NCBI GenBank assembly: GCA_036172245.1
Contig: JAYWIR010000053.1
Span: forward strand, 186,001-250,000
Source of the DNA: Raillietiella orientalis
Lineage: Eukaryota
Reading direction: 5' to 3'
Length of the DNA: 64,000 nucleotides
In this document: piece after piece, positions 21,822-35,054 of the stretch
How positions within the stretch are numbered: position 1 is the first letter of the stretch
Layout: each line of letters begins with the position of its first letter
Made by a program: the position numbers and the translations under genes
Notes under the pieces: model-generated
What the model was told of the DNA's origin: nothing
What the model saw: only the letters and a program-made list of their open reading frames with translations
Database searches by the model: none

Positions 21822-22353
21822 CGAGTGCGGACATGTTTTTCTCCGCTCTCGTCTCCGGGCTTCCATCCGCTTCATCTTGGCGTCCTACATTTTGACGACG
21901 ATGTCGACCCAACCCGAAGCTACTGAAGTTGGAGAAACAGCATCCGGATCGGCAATCGCGGAACCGACGGCCGCCTCCACTTCGTCTTTCTCGCCAATGG
22001 AGAGGAGTTTTGCTGACGTTGCTGCCACAGCAGCCGTCAAAGATAAACCACTCGAGGAGTCGCAGTTGCGGGCATACGTAGCCCAAGGTTATAGACCTGC
22101 TCTCCGATATAAGGTGAGTGGTATTCTTTCTGCGCGCGACGGGAATTCGTTCAACGATGAACTGACCCGTGTTGGCGTGCGGGAGGAGGACCTTCTCGCC
22201 ATTATGCCCGTAAATAATATGAACTATTTCAAGGTGCGTTGCAAAGACGCTGCACTTGTGCAACGCTTGCTGCGCACCCCGTTGTCGATCCGTGGCCAGA
22301 AGGTTTTCCCGGCCGCCATGGGCGACTCATTTGTGGCGGAGATTTTTGACATC
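21822..22353 (+). mobile_element. Family F 5' end and ORF1 start (copy H1), inserted in sense at the GDFN motif of A2; 3' part deleted
   Basis: CGAGTGCGGACATGTTTTT 5' motif; ATG at 21901 (MSTQPEATE..LRYKVSG); near-identical to 38139-37610 on minus. Confidence 0.87.
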
Positions 22354-24413
22354 AGATTTTCCGACGTCAGACGTTCATTGAAGTTCGATAGCACTTGTCC
22401 TTACTGACCCGGAGGCGGATAAGATCCTTCACTGGCGCCGGGACGGCAAAAATAAAAGAAAACAAAAACAAAAAGAGAAAAACGTCTGGAGGGCAATGTT
22501 TCTGAGGTGGGGGAGGGAAGGAGGGGATCACGGTGCGCCGTGAGCAGGCCTTTGCATCCGGTTTCGGATGCGAACAAGTGCCGGCAAATGTTTTTGAAGT
22601 CGGCGCCAACGGCACGCTTTCTCAAAGGAGAACGCTGCCCAGTGGATGGCATTCCGGCTGGTCCTACCTCTCCTAGACGCCGTCCACTTCTCCAGGATAC
22701 CGCGTATGCAGCAGAGCACTGCTACGCTTCCGAAGGCTGGCAAGCCGTCTCGCGTCACGAGGCGTCTGAATAAGGTTTTCGGGTCACCCTCCGGAATGTT
22801 GAGGATCGTCCAGAGTCTGTCCCACATTCCGCGGAGGGCAACACACTCCAGAATCAAGTGAGAGAAGGTCTCCCTTTCCCCGCACTCTGCACAACTAGCA
22901 TCCACATTCTCCGTTGTCCAGCGAGACAGGCGTGCTCTGCTTAAAAGTCGCCACTGGAGGAGAAGCAACGCCGTCTCCTGCCACTGCAGGGGAAGGGTGC
23001 CGTTGTTCCATGAGGCTGGGGGCCACCTCACCTCCTCCGGAGGTATACCGAGCAGCGCGCTTCAGCGTAAAAGTCCGTTCCACGGGACAGTCGGGGTACT
23101 AGCGTCCGCTAGTTCCCTCGGCGTCCACGCCTTCAGCAAATTTTTCCTGCCTCCGTTGAGGCAGGACACTTCCCACGATGCCTGTTGGTGGCTTTTTTGA
23201 AGTTCCCTAAGGAAGGGCAGCACTAAGGCAAGGGGGGTGAAGGAAGCCCACAGAAGATTCCGTGGGTTGGAAACGATCAACAGGAGTGGCTGACCAGCGT
23301 GCCTCCCTCTGCGGAGGCAGGAGAAGTCCTCATCGCTGGTGTCATTGATCTTCGCCCATGCAGAAACGTACCCCTGAAGCCAAGTAGTGCAATCCGCTGG
23401 GATTCAGGAGATCCAAGGGTTGTGTCTCATCAGGGCAACCAAGTCCCGCAGCTGATGACCACAATGTTTCAGGCTGCGTTCGTTGGCTACCAAAATTGAA
23501 GTCAGTCCGAAGCAGCCGGTTGCCCTGTGAGCAAGGAGTCTTGCCGATGCATACCAGGGTGCTGTCCAAAAGTTTGCCACAAGAGCAAGTTTTCTGAATT
23601 GGTGCTGTCGCTCCATGCGCTCCAACGTCAGGAGACCAAGTCCAGCGTCCCTGCGTTTAGCGCACAAGTCTTTGAGCGGGACGCGGGGCCTCCAATTGCC
23701 CCAGAGGGCTTTTCGTATCAGGCTCCTAGTCCGTGTCCTAATTTGGTAAGGAGTAGCGCGCACAAAAAGTAGGGGGCGAAGGAGGGGGGCCGCGAAAGCG
23801 TTCCATACCGTGGCCCGTTCCTGCAAATGAAACTTGCCGTCCCGGAACGGGCCGATCGCCAGCTCCACCTTTTGTAGACGGTCGGACCAGGCTTCTGCAG
23901 AGCAGAAGTCCCCCAACGGAACGCCAAGGTACTTGATGTACCTGCCCGTGGGGATCCCCAAGCGGATCCAGTCCGACCGTCCGGCCCTCGTCGAGTCGGT
24001 GAAAAGCAACGACGATTTCGTCCTGTTTACCTGGAGGCCTGTTCCACGGTATAGCAACTCGAAGAAATCTTCGAGCGCCGATGCCTGGGTTGACCCGGGA
24101 TGCAGGAGCAGAAGATCGTCGGCATAGGTCGACACGGCAGGCGTGCCGGGACACGAGCTCGACAGGGTTGCCAAAGTCTCCCTGTATGCTCTTAGCACCA
24201 ACTCAAAGTAGATGCTGAAGAGCAGGGGGCTGAGGCTGTAACCCTGCCGGATGCCACGACGAACCGGCACGCCGAAGACGTTGCGGTCGCTGAAATTGAT
24301 ATTGATGAGCGCGAAGCGCCAGCAGGAGCGCAGGAAGGCCATTAAGACGGCCGGAAATCCCAAGCGTTCCAGGAGTTCCAGAAGGAGTTCCTCGTCGACG
24401 CAATCGAAAGCTT
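22354..24413 (-). mobile_element. Family E 3' half (E1): RT from KAFD to a truncated 3'UTR
   Basis: ORF 23404-24363 (RQGYSLSP, YADD, KYLG) and 22528-23031 (CAECG..HLILEC, ending RIRNRMQRPAHGAP). Confidence 0.9.
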
Positions 24414-26393
24414 TACGTCAGCTAGAGCGGACGTGTTTCCTCGGTGCTCCTCGTGCCGAAAACCGTCCCTAGGTGTAGGCTTCGTGTGTGGTGGTGGTCG
24501 ATCAGGCAGCAATGCCTGACACGACCACCAGTGCGTGTCAGGGGGCTGTGGCAACGTCGCCTCCTGAAGGAATGGAGTGCCAGGTGGCGGCGGCAACGTC
24601 GCCTCTAAAGAAGGTGGAGTGCTAGGAGGAGGCGGCAACGTCGCCTACACTGGCGAAGGAGGTGGGGGCGTCCGCATCTACAAAATCGGTCCCCGCTGCA
24701 GCGCGGGCGTGGAGCGATGTCGTGTCGGCGCCATCGCCTGCAGACGCGGCGGAATTGTCGGCCTATGTGGAGGAGGGGTACAACCCCTCATTGTTCTACA
24801 AGGTAGGCAAATTATATTCTTCTGAGAGTGCACGCGCCTTTTCGAAGGGGATGCGCGCTCTCGATGTTAAAGAGGAGTAGCTCTGCGCTATGACCATTCG
24901 TAGCGGGGGGCAGTACGTAGAGGTGATCTGCAACCATGCAGATCTGGCCCAAAGTCTGCTTAAAATCCTTGTGGTAATGAAAGCATGCAGGCTTCTTCCT
25001 GTTACGGCGGACCACAGTATGGTGGTCTACCATTTAGGAGTTACCGCGCGGATGCGGAAAGAACAGATACGCTTCGCGTTGGGAAAAGAAGGCACGGTCC
25101 ATGCAGTATGGACCAAGCCTAGTCCTTTCGAGGACTATACCACAGTTCAGTGCGGCCTCACGGTTGTCCGTGTAACCGTTTGGGAGGGCTCTACCCTTCC
25201 CCACAAACTGGTGGTCGGCGGAGTAAGCGTCGACCTCTGGTACGTGGGTAAGCCCAAATACTGTGGCTTCTGCAACACGTCGGGACACCTCAAAAGGAGG
25301 TGCCCCAACGTACAGTGCCAGGTATGCGGGACAATGGGCCACACGAAGGAAGTGTGTCCACAATCCGCTGTGCCCGTGGTTTCCGCGAGGAACCTAAAAA
25401 AACGCGCGCGGCTGCTACAGAAAAGGCTGGGGGCGAAGGCTGCCGCTCAAGCTGTGCCACCCACACCCGTGATCCAGGCCGAAGCCGACACCCCGGCAAC
25501 GAATGCCGAAAAGATCGACAAACGCGGACAGGTGTCGGAATGCCAAGAAGTCACAGCGAAAAAGAAGAAAAATTCGAAGAAAGAACGACGAATCGAAAAA
25601 AAGCTCGCCTACCAAAATAAAAAACAGCAGGTTAGCGAGAATTCAAAAGAGAGCAACGTCGTCGTGGAACGCGTCCCCGCCGAACGCCGCAAGGTAGAAA
25701 TCGCTGCTACCGACGAGCAACCCACTGTTGAAGATGTCAACAGCGTGGGGAGCGAACCGGCAGAAGCGTCCTTCATCGAGACCGTGATAGATGACGCCGC
25801 CTTCGAGCGTGCGGCGGAAGAGCTGGCTGCATAGTTGCAGCCAGACCCCTCCAAGGCTGGAAAAAAGGCAGTGAGGCGTCCGGACTCCACCGAGGAGTCG
25901 GTAACTTCCGACCTTGAAGCGCAGGACGGAAACCAAGTTTCCATCTCCGCGGCACCCCGCCGGAAGGCTGGAAGGAATTCCAGCAAACCCCGGAAAGCCC
26001 CTCTCCAGGTCGAAGACGTGGAGATGACTTCCGACAGCTAGGGTGCCATGAGCGTGTGAGAATCCCGGGAATCGTTACTCGAGAGACCATTACGCACAGA
26101 CACGAAACAGATGGAGGGGGTTGAAGCCGGAAAGGTACCCAAGGTGCCTGAGGAGGCTGAAACCCTAATGTTCATCTCACCCGCCTCGGAAGAGTCGGGT
26201 TCCCCCACACCGTCATCTTCCCGGAAGTAATGCCGGAAATCTCCTCCCGCCGTCGTCTGCGCATCGCCGTTTGGAACGTGAACGGAATGACAGACGCCGG
26301 CAGGAGACGATACATGGCCGCCATTCTAGGATCGTTCGACCTTGTGCTGCTGCAGGAGATCCATGTGATCTCTGCAGAACAAGCGCAGGAGAT
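24414..26393 (+). mobile_element. Family D 5' part (D2): 5'UTR, ORF1 pseudogene 24512-26230 and start of ORF2; inserted antisense at KAFD of E1
   Basis: Colinear with D1 12993-11015; TAATG stop-start at 26228-26232; CGFCNTSGHLKRRC and CQVCGTMGHTKEVC knuckles. Confidence 0.9.
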
Positions 26394-29300
26394 TTCTCAC
26401 CCGGTCACGCCTGGGCGTTTATTCCATATAACATAACCAAAAAAAGCAATTTTACAAAATAAACCAGTTAAGAACCAAACTCCCAACCGACGACTGAACA
26501 AGAATAAAGAGAATATTGCTGCCACGCAGGGCAGAGTAACAGTTTTGTGAACGATGTGGGGGAGCCGGGAACGCAAAGAAACCAAAATAAAATAAAAACA
26601 ATGAATAAGGAGGACGGGATAAGGGTCTTTGGGATCGCTTTGGAAGACACAAAAATAAAAGCATGGGCACCGGAAGTTTTACCGAAAGAACGAGGACGCG
26701 GTATATGTGGGCGAGAGGTCGCAGGGGTCAACGGATTACGCAGTTCTCAGAGGTGTGTAAACCGGCGATGTTTGCCGGTGATGTCCTAATTCACCTTGTC
26801 ACGAAGATGAGACCACCTGGAAGCCTTCTTCATGAATTGAGCTGCAAGCAGGTGAGCCTCCCTTTGCTGCGATGACAACTCCAGGGCGTAGCGGGACTTT
26901 ACGATGGCGCGAATGCAACACATGGTTGCGACAATCGCGCCAACCGAAAGTCCATTTCTGCTGAAGAAGCGCCGCAGCACATCATTGGCAGTGCCTCCTT
27001 GTGGCATGATGGCCGAAGTGAGCCTTCGCCACAGTTCCCGGAGGTCACCGCAGTCCAGCAAAACGTGCGGAAAAGACTCGATCTCTCCGCACCTTAAACA
27101 GTTTGCAAAGCAGCTCCCCCGGAAGCGAGGCTTGGCTGCCTTTTTCAGTCTAATGCACAATGTAAAAAGAGCAGCACATCTTGTTTCCACTTAAGGGGGA
27201 ACACAGAGCTGTCCAAACAAACGGGGGTACCACTACCTCTCCGGGGGGCACACTTAAATGTTCGCTCCACCGAAGCAGTCCCTTCGCCCGATTCCGAGGT
27301 GTGGCGGCTTGCACCAGCTCCTTTGTGGTCCAGCTACGGAGGAGCTTACTGACTACCGCTATTCTGCAGGAGAGCTCCCATTCCGCCGGTAGGCAACCGT
27401 CGTTGCTTTCCCTGAGGGCACACAGCGCTGCGGCGATTGGTGTGACGGCCAGACGATCAGACAACTTCTTGTCCTGCATGACTTCGTCCATTTGATGACT
27501 GAGGAGAAGTCGCAGGCGTCGAAGATCTTCCGGGCGCGTTCCTTCGGAAGCTGCCCACGATGAAAAAGATTCCTGCCGCCATGCATTAATGTTCATGGGG
27601 CGGCAGGAGATCCAGCTTTGGGCTTCCAGCAGTGAGGACAGCTTCCTCAGCGGGAAGCCAAACCCTATTCTGGTGTGCCGAAAGTGGGGTAGCAACGAAA
27701 GCAGTCCCTCGCTTCCCGTGCAGCGCCTCAGTATAAGGCGTGCGGGTAAGCACCACGGCGTACACCACAGCTTGGCACAGAGCCGCAGCATGCGGAACTG
27801 AACCTGCAGTTCGATGCTGTTTAAGTCGAGGATGCCCAAGCCTGCATCCTGACGCGCCGCCACCAAGTCTTTAAGTCTAACACGGGATCTTGCAGCGCCC
27901 CACAACGCTTTGCGTAGAAGGCGCTGCGCCCAGACTTTGACTTCCTGGGGGGGTGGACAAACAAAAAACAGGGGGCGGAGGAGGGGAACAACCAAGGTGT
28001 TCCAGATGCAGGCCCGTTCCTGCAAGACGAACTCGCCTTCTGAAAACGTACCAAGTGCAAGCTCTGCCTTCCGAAGGCAGTCCGACCACGCTTCTGAGAT
28101 GCAGAAGTCGCCCAACGGCACGCCAAGGTACCTGAGCTACCTGTCGGTGGGGATCCCCAGGTCGATCCAGTCAGACTGCCCCTCCCACGTCGCACCCACC
28201 GGAACAACCATACACTTACTGCTGTTAACGCTCACGCCCGCACCGCGACGAATCAACTCAAAGAAGTCTTCAAGCGATGTCGCCGGGGTGGACATGGGCA
28301 ACAGGAGAAGCAGGTCGTCGGCATAGTCTGCCACGGCCGGCGTACCTGGACAGGAGCTCGGCAGGTTGGCTAGCGTCACCCTGCCTAATTCCTCGTCTTA
28401 CCGGCACGCCGTAAACGCGACAGCCACAGATAACAATGGATGTAATCGCGTGGCGCCAGCAGGAGCGCAAGTACGCCAACAGCGATGCCGGAAGACCCAG
28501 ACGTTCCGAAAGCTCAAGAAGAAGCTTTTGGTTCACGCAATCGAAAGCTTTGTGCAGATCGACTGCAACCGCCAAGGCTCCCGGTGTCTCCCTTTGCGTC
28601 CCGCGCCTCCGTCGGTAAGAGATCGGAAGCGTCGCTTCCGCACGACGATCCACCGCCACACGATGCTGCAATTGCAGTCATGTGCAGATGAACAAGAGAT
28701 TCGCGTCCATGGACCGCCCAGGAACAGCGTACGTCTGCTCCGGTCTTACCAAGGATTCCGCGATCCTACCCATCCGCGCCACCTAAAGTGTCGAGAACAA
28801 CTTGACGTCCGAATTCACTAATGTGATCGGACGCCAGTTGTTCAGTTGGCGCAAATCTCCGCCTTTCGGCAGTAGACGCACCTTCGCTGAGCGAAACGAG
28901 GCGGGGACATCGCCCGAGTCTCGCATCAGCGACGAGAGTTGGAGCACAAGGCGGATGAGCTCCGCCGCAGAACACTGAAAGAATTCCGCAGGGAGCCCAT
29001 CTTCGCCTGGCGCTTTTCGTCTCTTGAGCAATGAGATGGCCGAGGAAATTTCCTCTGCCGTGTAGGGCTCATCAAGACGCGCCCGTTCCTCCTCGTCTAC
29101 AACAGGTGCATCAATCGGCAGAAGCAGCCGGGAGAGGCTGCGTTTCGTCTGTGCCTCTGCATACAGAGAAGAGTGATAGCGCCTGACTATCACTCGCACG
29201 TCGGCTGGAGCCGAGCATTCCTGGTCCTGGTCGTCGAGCAGAACTGTCGCCCCTGACTGCCACACCTGGCGCTCGGCCTTGGCCTTGTACTCGGATAATC

Positions 29301-30890
29301 GACCAACGTCCGCGCGCCTGGAAAAGGAGCGGGCCTGCAGAAAATCTCTGCTGTTGGCTACGCCCTCTCCGAAGCCGCGCGGAAGCTGGTGCAAGGGAAA
29401 CCGGCACCATAACTCGCGGACCGATCTTTACAGATCGTCCCAGTCCTCCAGCTCACTTATGGCAAAGTCGAGGAGGTACTGGCGAATATACTCAGCCGCC
29501 TCCAGGTTGCTTAGCCAGTCTGCCGACATCCTTCAAAAACAGTTTGGAGGCCCCTTGCCTGGCGGGAGCAACTCGAACTCGAGCCTGTTGTGGTCTGAAA
29601 GCACGGACGGCATGGCACCTCTCCGACACACTCGACAGAGCAAGTGTTCATCAAGGTATACGTGGTCCGGCGTTGCTGCCATAACAGGGTCGCTAGCGAA
29701 CAAGTTGCAGGCGTGCACGGACGCGCACATCTCTTCCGCTAGCAACTTTTCCCTTTTCTGGGATCTATTCTCGGAAAGCAGGTGGACGTTAAAGTTCCCC
29801 GCAATGAGATGGGCCACAGTAGGGTGAGATCGAGTGAGTTACTGGCTTTGAAGGGTACCGAAGAACTCAATCCTTTCGGTCCATCGTCCAGCACCGCTCG
29901 GCGCGTACTCGTTGGTTACGACAAGGTCGATCGAGTCGGACCACTTGAGTACAAGCTGTCCCACTCGGCCTTCCGTGTCGAAACGAACGCTGCGCACCGC
30001 TCCCGCCAAAGTTCCTTGCACGAGGAAAGCGACGCCGCACGTACGTGCAACGCCGCACCTATAAAGTAGCGTTCCGCCCGCGCGCCGTACGATTTCGGCA
30101 GCCTGCTCTCCGGAGATGCTGTGAATCTCCTGCAGGAACGTCAAGTCGAAGGCGGGCAGAGCGTCAGCCAATAGTCGCCTCTTCTCCTCGTGTTGGAGCC
30201 CGTTGACGTTCCAAGAGGTTAAGGCAACACGACGAGAAGACGCAATTACCCTCATGACGGCTGGGAAAGCGAGGCCGTGGTGCTCGCCTCACCCGGCGAG
30301 CGGGCAGTAAGCAGCACGACGGGCTGGAGGGCGCACTCGCCACCGGCCTCAACTGTGCTGCACGTAATCGGGTGCTCCTCCCCGGGTGCAGAACCTGTGG
30401 GTTCCGGGGTGAGCACTCGCCGTTTCGCGGCGAGTGTGTCACGCCTCTGGGCTTGAGCCCTGCGTGCGCTCGCTCTTGCGCGAGTGACGCGTCGTTCAGC
30501 GGCGCTATCGGACTCCTTTGTGGAGTCAGATGCTCGCACGATCGACGTGCGCTTGCATCCATCCGATTGCACCGGGATAGCCTTCCCGGCGGTCACAGAA
30601 GCGGACTTGCACGCGTTGAAGGCGCAGGCTTTTTCCTTGGAAGAGGCACAAGCAGCGCGTGTTTTCGAATTCCCGCGACTGCGTTTTCCTTTGGAAGAGC
30701 TCAGGGATTTATGTTGCGTAGCTTTTTTTGGAGATTTTTCTTTCCTCCTGTCCACAACCTGCTATTCGCCTCCGCGATTTTCGGAAGCTTCCGCGACAGA
30801 AGTTGCGGAAACCTCCAGGATTTTGGCTGCGTTCTCTGGGGGCGTTGCCTTCGCAACGCCTTTAAAATGCGGCAAAGGATTCACCTTCTT
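26394..30890 (-). mobile_element. Family F copy F1: ORF1 3' end, degenerate ORF2 (30255 to about 26786) and complete 3' end; inserted antisense in the D2 endonuclease
   Basis: ORFs 29839-30255, 29533-29817, 28783-29394, 28137-28379 (YADD), 27150-28121 and 26786-27190 (CLRCG..HVLLDC); terminal AATAAACGCCCAGGCGTGACCGGGTG at 26423-26398; internal deletion just after QGD near 28378. Confidence 0.9.
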
Positions 30891-30899
30891 GGAAGTCGG

Positions 30900-32707
30900 G
30901 AGATTGCTCCTCTCCTGTCGAGTCGGAGACATAACAACCGATGACCAGCGTCTTACTCATTTGGCATACGCTGATGATCTACTCTTCTTTATCAAGGCAG
31001 AGAGAAATCAACAAGCGTTTCTGGATGTGGTAGACCTGATGGATCAAGGCCTGGGTCTAAAGATCAACGCCCACAAAAGCCAGCTCTTGCCCGTTGGAAT
31101 CTTCGATCTCTCCACTCTAGCGGCGAGAGGATTCCGAACGGTGGACAAGGCCAAGCACCTGGGTGTCTACATTGGCGACGTCTCCGCGTCGAAGCTATTG
31201 TGTACCGAGATTTTAGGGAACACGGCCAAGGAAGCAGTCAAGTACACCCGAACGGACCTTGGAATGAAGAGAAAAGCCAACATATGGAACGGAGTACTCC
31301 TTCCGAAAGTGCTCTTCGGGGCGGCCTTTGCGAGGATGAACAAGGAAACCACGAGGGAGTTCGACAAGCTGCAGAGAAAAACACTGTGGGGCCACTATCG
31401 CCCAAGAGTCCGACTAAAACCCCTGTGTCGTCCCAGGGAAAAAGGCGGTTCCGGGATGAAGTCGCTTGCACACTCCATTGAGATCATGGATACGCGACAC
31501 ATCCTGGACATTGCCACTCACTGGGATGACTGGCCGTATGCGGCGCACAGGGCCTACGCGTTGCTGTTGAACAACTCGAAAGTCCTGATGACTGCGCTAC
31601 TAGGCCGTGCAGGCGTGTGGAAAAAAATCGACCCAACCTGGACGAGGAAGCAACGGCTGGTGCGGAAGCACAAAATCAAGATCGTGCCGAGAAGTAGGGA
31701 ACTCTGTCAGGACGAGTCCATCCTGGTGATCTCTTGGATGCTTCCTGTCCCGCCGGCCACGAGAAGCTGAATCCACCAGCGGTCCAGAGTTACCCTTCAA
31801 CGAATCCAGGAGTGGAAATGAGAAGGGTACCTACATCACACTCGTATACTTAGGTATATAGAGATGATGTTAGGAAGGTTTACTCACATGACTCGCGAAG
31901 TGTGGTTCAACCACAACGACTTTGCGTGGTCCAGGGTAACCAAAACAAACCTCCGAAGACTAATTCAAGAAGAACACAGTGATATCAGTGCCCTCCTGGA
32001 AGCCGCCGATCGCTACGGGAGTGACCGAATCAACCTGTCAGCGATTGGCACGACGCTCTGGAGAAGTGACCTTCCGCCAGGCACCCAGGATGACCTCCTG
32101 ATGTTTTATCATGGAGGAATTCAGAGTGGGTCCCGATTACAGCACTACACCGGAACAAGGGAAGATCCAGACTGCACAGCATGTGGAAACATCGACACGA
32201 GACTTCACGTCTTGACGTGTCCCACATTGCTGCATGACTGGCTGAACCTGAAAAGGATCATCGGACTTACGAACAGATCCGTAATTGAGATCCTCGCCGG
32301 GATGTTACAGGGGAATGGTAATGTTCCCTGTTACAATCCCATGGTGAGGACGACCATCGCCCTCTTCATCACCGCCATACTTGTGCGGTGGGGTTAAATG
32401 AGGAAACCCAGAAGAGCCGCACCACCGATGGAGATCCTACAAGGGCACCTCAAGAGGGAAATCGGCATTAGAAACTGTGGGAAAATCCAAGCCTGGACGT
32501 ACCGATTCATCCTGAACAGGATAGAAGACGACGCCCGGGACCAAACAGTAGGAATCCCACCATGAGTGCAGAACTTGTGAGAACCCAAGGACTTCATAGT
32601 GGTAAAAAAAAGTGCTAATGGTATGGATGAGATTATAGTGTGAATGTTTTTGTGGAAAAATTTTAGAAAAATAAATTTACCCCACCCCTCGTGGGACATG
32701 GGGAAAA
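30900..32707 (+). mobile_element. 5'-truncated divergent LINE 3' part (probably family B): RT YADD to CCHC and 3' end
   Basis: LTHLAYADDLL, KINAHKS, KHLG, KGGSG, CTACGNIDTRLHVLTC; ends AATAAA..CCCAC-CCCTC-GTGGG..GGGG-AAAA. Assignment to B is inferred from similar divergence and adjacency. Confidence 0.85.
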
Positions 32708-35054
32708 CTACCGAGTCGGTAAACTTGCTTCGCGGCTCAAAGTATTGTGCGCTCGACAACTTAATCAGTTTATTCTGCTTGTGTGTGCCCGGAGAGGGGA
32801 AGTTTTCCAGACGAAACTACAAAAGAAGCGGCGAGGAGATCGCGGCAAAAGACCTGCAGTGGTCCCGTGCAGCAAGACCAGCTGCCAGGATGCAGGCACC
32901 TAGAGGAGGACTGGAGAGACCGTCGTCCCCCATGGAAGCCATGGAGGTAACGTGCGGCAATGGCGAGGCGGTGGCAGGCATTTCGAGGATCGCGCCCGCG
33001 GCGGGCTTTGCTGCGCCGGCGGCGGCGATGTCAAGGGTCGTACCCGCGGCGACGACGGCGGAGGTCGTGCCTACGGCGGCGACGCCGAGGATCGTGCCCG
33101 CGGCGGGTAAGGTCGCGCCTTCCGCGTCGATGCCGAGGGTGCCGCCCGCGGCGGCAACGGTGGCGACGTCGAGGGTTGCGCTCGGAGCGGCGGCGTCCCA
33201 GGCAGGACCCGCGGGCGTCCACGCGGTTCAGGGCGAGCCGCCATGTTGTTCGGCTGCAGCGGCGCAGCCCTTTTTTCCTGCGTCGGTGGCGGCTGGACAA
33301 GCGAGTGTCCACCCACCAAGAAAATTCGGGAAGCCGCTATGAGGTAGAATCCAAAAGGTGGATCGGCCGATCGTGGAGTTAGGGCCGAATGTGAAGCCCA
33401 TCATTTTCAAAACTGGGCTGATGAAGTTCAATAATATCAGGAAGGTGTATCTGTTCCTCGATAAAACGGACATGAATTTTAATCGCATACAGGCGATCTT
33501 ACCAGCAAACAACGGGTTCACAGTCTTCACAGACTGTGAAAAGATGAGAGAGCGATTGATCCAGAAGGGGATCAATATACAAGGGAGGATGGTAGTTGGT
33601 GTTGGCGAGATTCCATACACAACCGTGTTTCTGAACGGCATTTCCATCCTCACACCTCAACTAACTGTTTGGAAATTTTTGGAGCAGAATGGGTAAGTTC
33701 TGGACCTTGGATTCCAGAACTTCTCTGGAAATATATTTTCTGGCGACATGATCGCCAAAATAAAGTTGAAAGAGGGAGCTGTCATCCCAGGATTAGCCGT
33801 TGTTGACGAACAATCCCAGGGACTGAACGTGCGTTACCGGCAACAACCCATATTCTGCCCCGGGTGCAAGCAGTTCGGCCACAGGGCCGGCGCTTGCCCA
33901 ACGTGTCGTTGTTTCCGCTGCGGCAAAGTAGGACATCAAGTCCGAAACTGCCCGCAGCCGGTGGTGTGCTCCTTCTGCAAGAAACACGGACATGCCTAAT
34001 GGAGCTGTTTGGAGTTTTAAACTGCAGAAGGATTCGAGGTCTCTCTCCCGTGAGAGAGATTAACACCAAGGAGGCGGAACATCCTCAGAAGGCAGGAAGG
34101 CCGAAGAAGGTGAAAGAAGCCGTCCCGGTATCGGAAGACTGCTTCATACAGCTAGTGAAGAAAGGAAAGAGGACGATGCTCGTCAAGGAGCAAGAAACCC
34201 CTCTTATCCAGCAAGGTGAAGAGCAAGAAGGCGAGAAGATGGATATAGCGCAGGAAGGCGCGGAAGAAGAAATAGCCAAAGCCACTCCGGTGTCGCAGGA
34301 GGCCCTGCAATCTACGGAGGAGTTCGCATCACTGGCTAATGAAGTCCTGGATGTGCAGAGCGGCCACCAGCAAGAGAAAATCTTGCAGAAGATCTGCAAT
34401 GCACAGGAGAAAGTCAACCAGGATTTGAATGTCACCGAGAGCGAAAAGCTTGAGGAGCAGCTCCTCGACGTAAAGGCAAACTTCGGCGCCAAGGTCCAGA
34501 TAGAGACGCTATCTCGAAAACTGATCGCGCGGGCCGAACACTCGACGGAGGAGGCGGAAGTAACCGACCTCACCGGAACAGAGAGTGACGCAGGCAGCGA
34601 GAAGCCCGCTGCTTCTTCATTGTCTGTAAGAGCACGCTCTCTCAGACAGAAGAATCTCAGGAAGGCCAAGAAATAGGTCTTCCTCTTTTATGGCCTCTTC
34701 CCTATCGACCGCTAGGAAGCTGAACATCGCCTCCTGGAATGTAAACGGTATGATCGACCAGGGAAAAAGAACAAGGATTGTGCGGACCATCGCACAACAA
34801 GACATAGTGTGCCTGGAGGAGACCCACAAGATGGGTCTCGAGATTAGTCAGCAAATGGAACGGCGATTCAACAGCAGATTTTTGTTAGCGATGGAGAACG
34901 GAACGCGCAGGGTGTGGCGGTCTTAATCAAGAACAACTTGGCCCCCACTATTCTGGAAGTGTTCTCTCCCCAACCCGGACGAATCATCGGCGTGCGGCTG
35001 GCCTGGTCCGCTACTGTTCACCTTATCCTGGTGAACGTGTACGTTTCGCACAGG
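32708..35054 (+). mobile_element. Family B 5' part (B1): ORF1 pseudogene (about 32890-34676, three zinc knuckles) and endonuclease start (34690 onwards)
   Basis: CPGCKQFGHRAGAC, CFRCGKVGHQVRNC, CSFCKKHGH; SWNVNG..CLEETH; paralogous to 55712-58450 on minus. Confidence 0.88.

Noticed and set aside
30484..31770. 428-aa ORF as a novel RT fusion protein
   Set aside because: Its first ~140 codons are the antisense of the F1 ORF1 tail, read through by chance into a 5'-truncated RT at about 30900.
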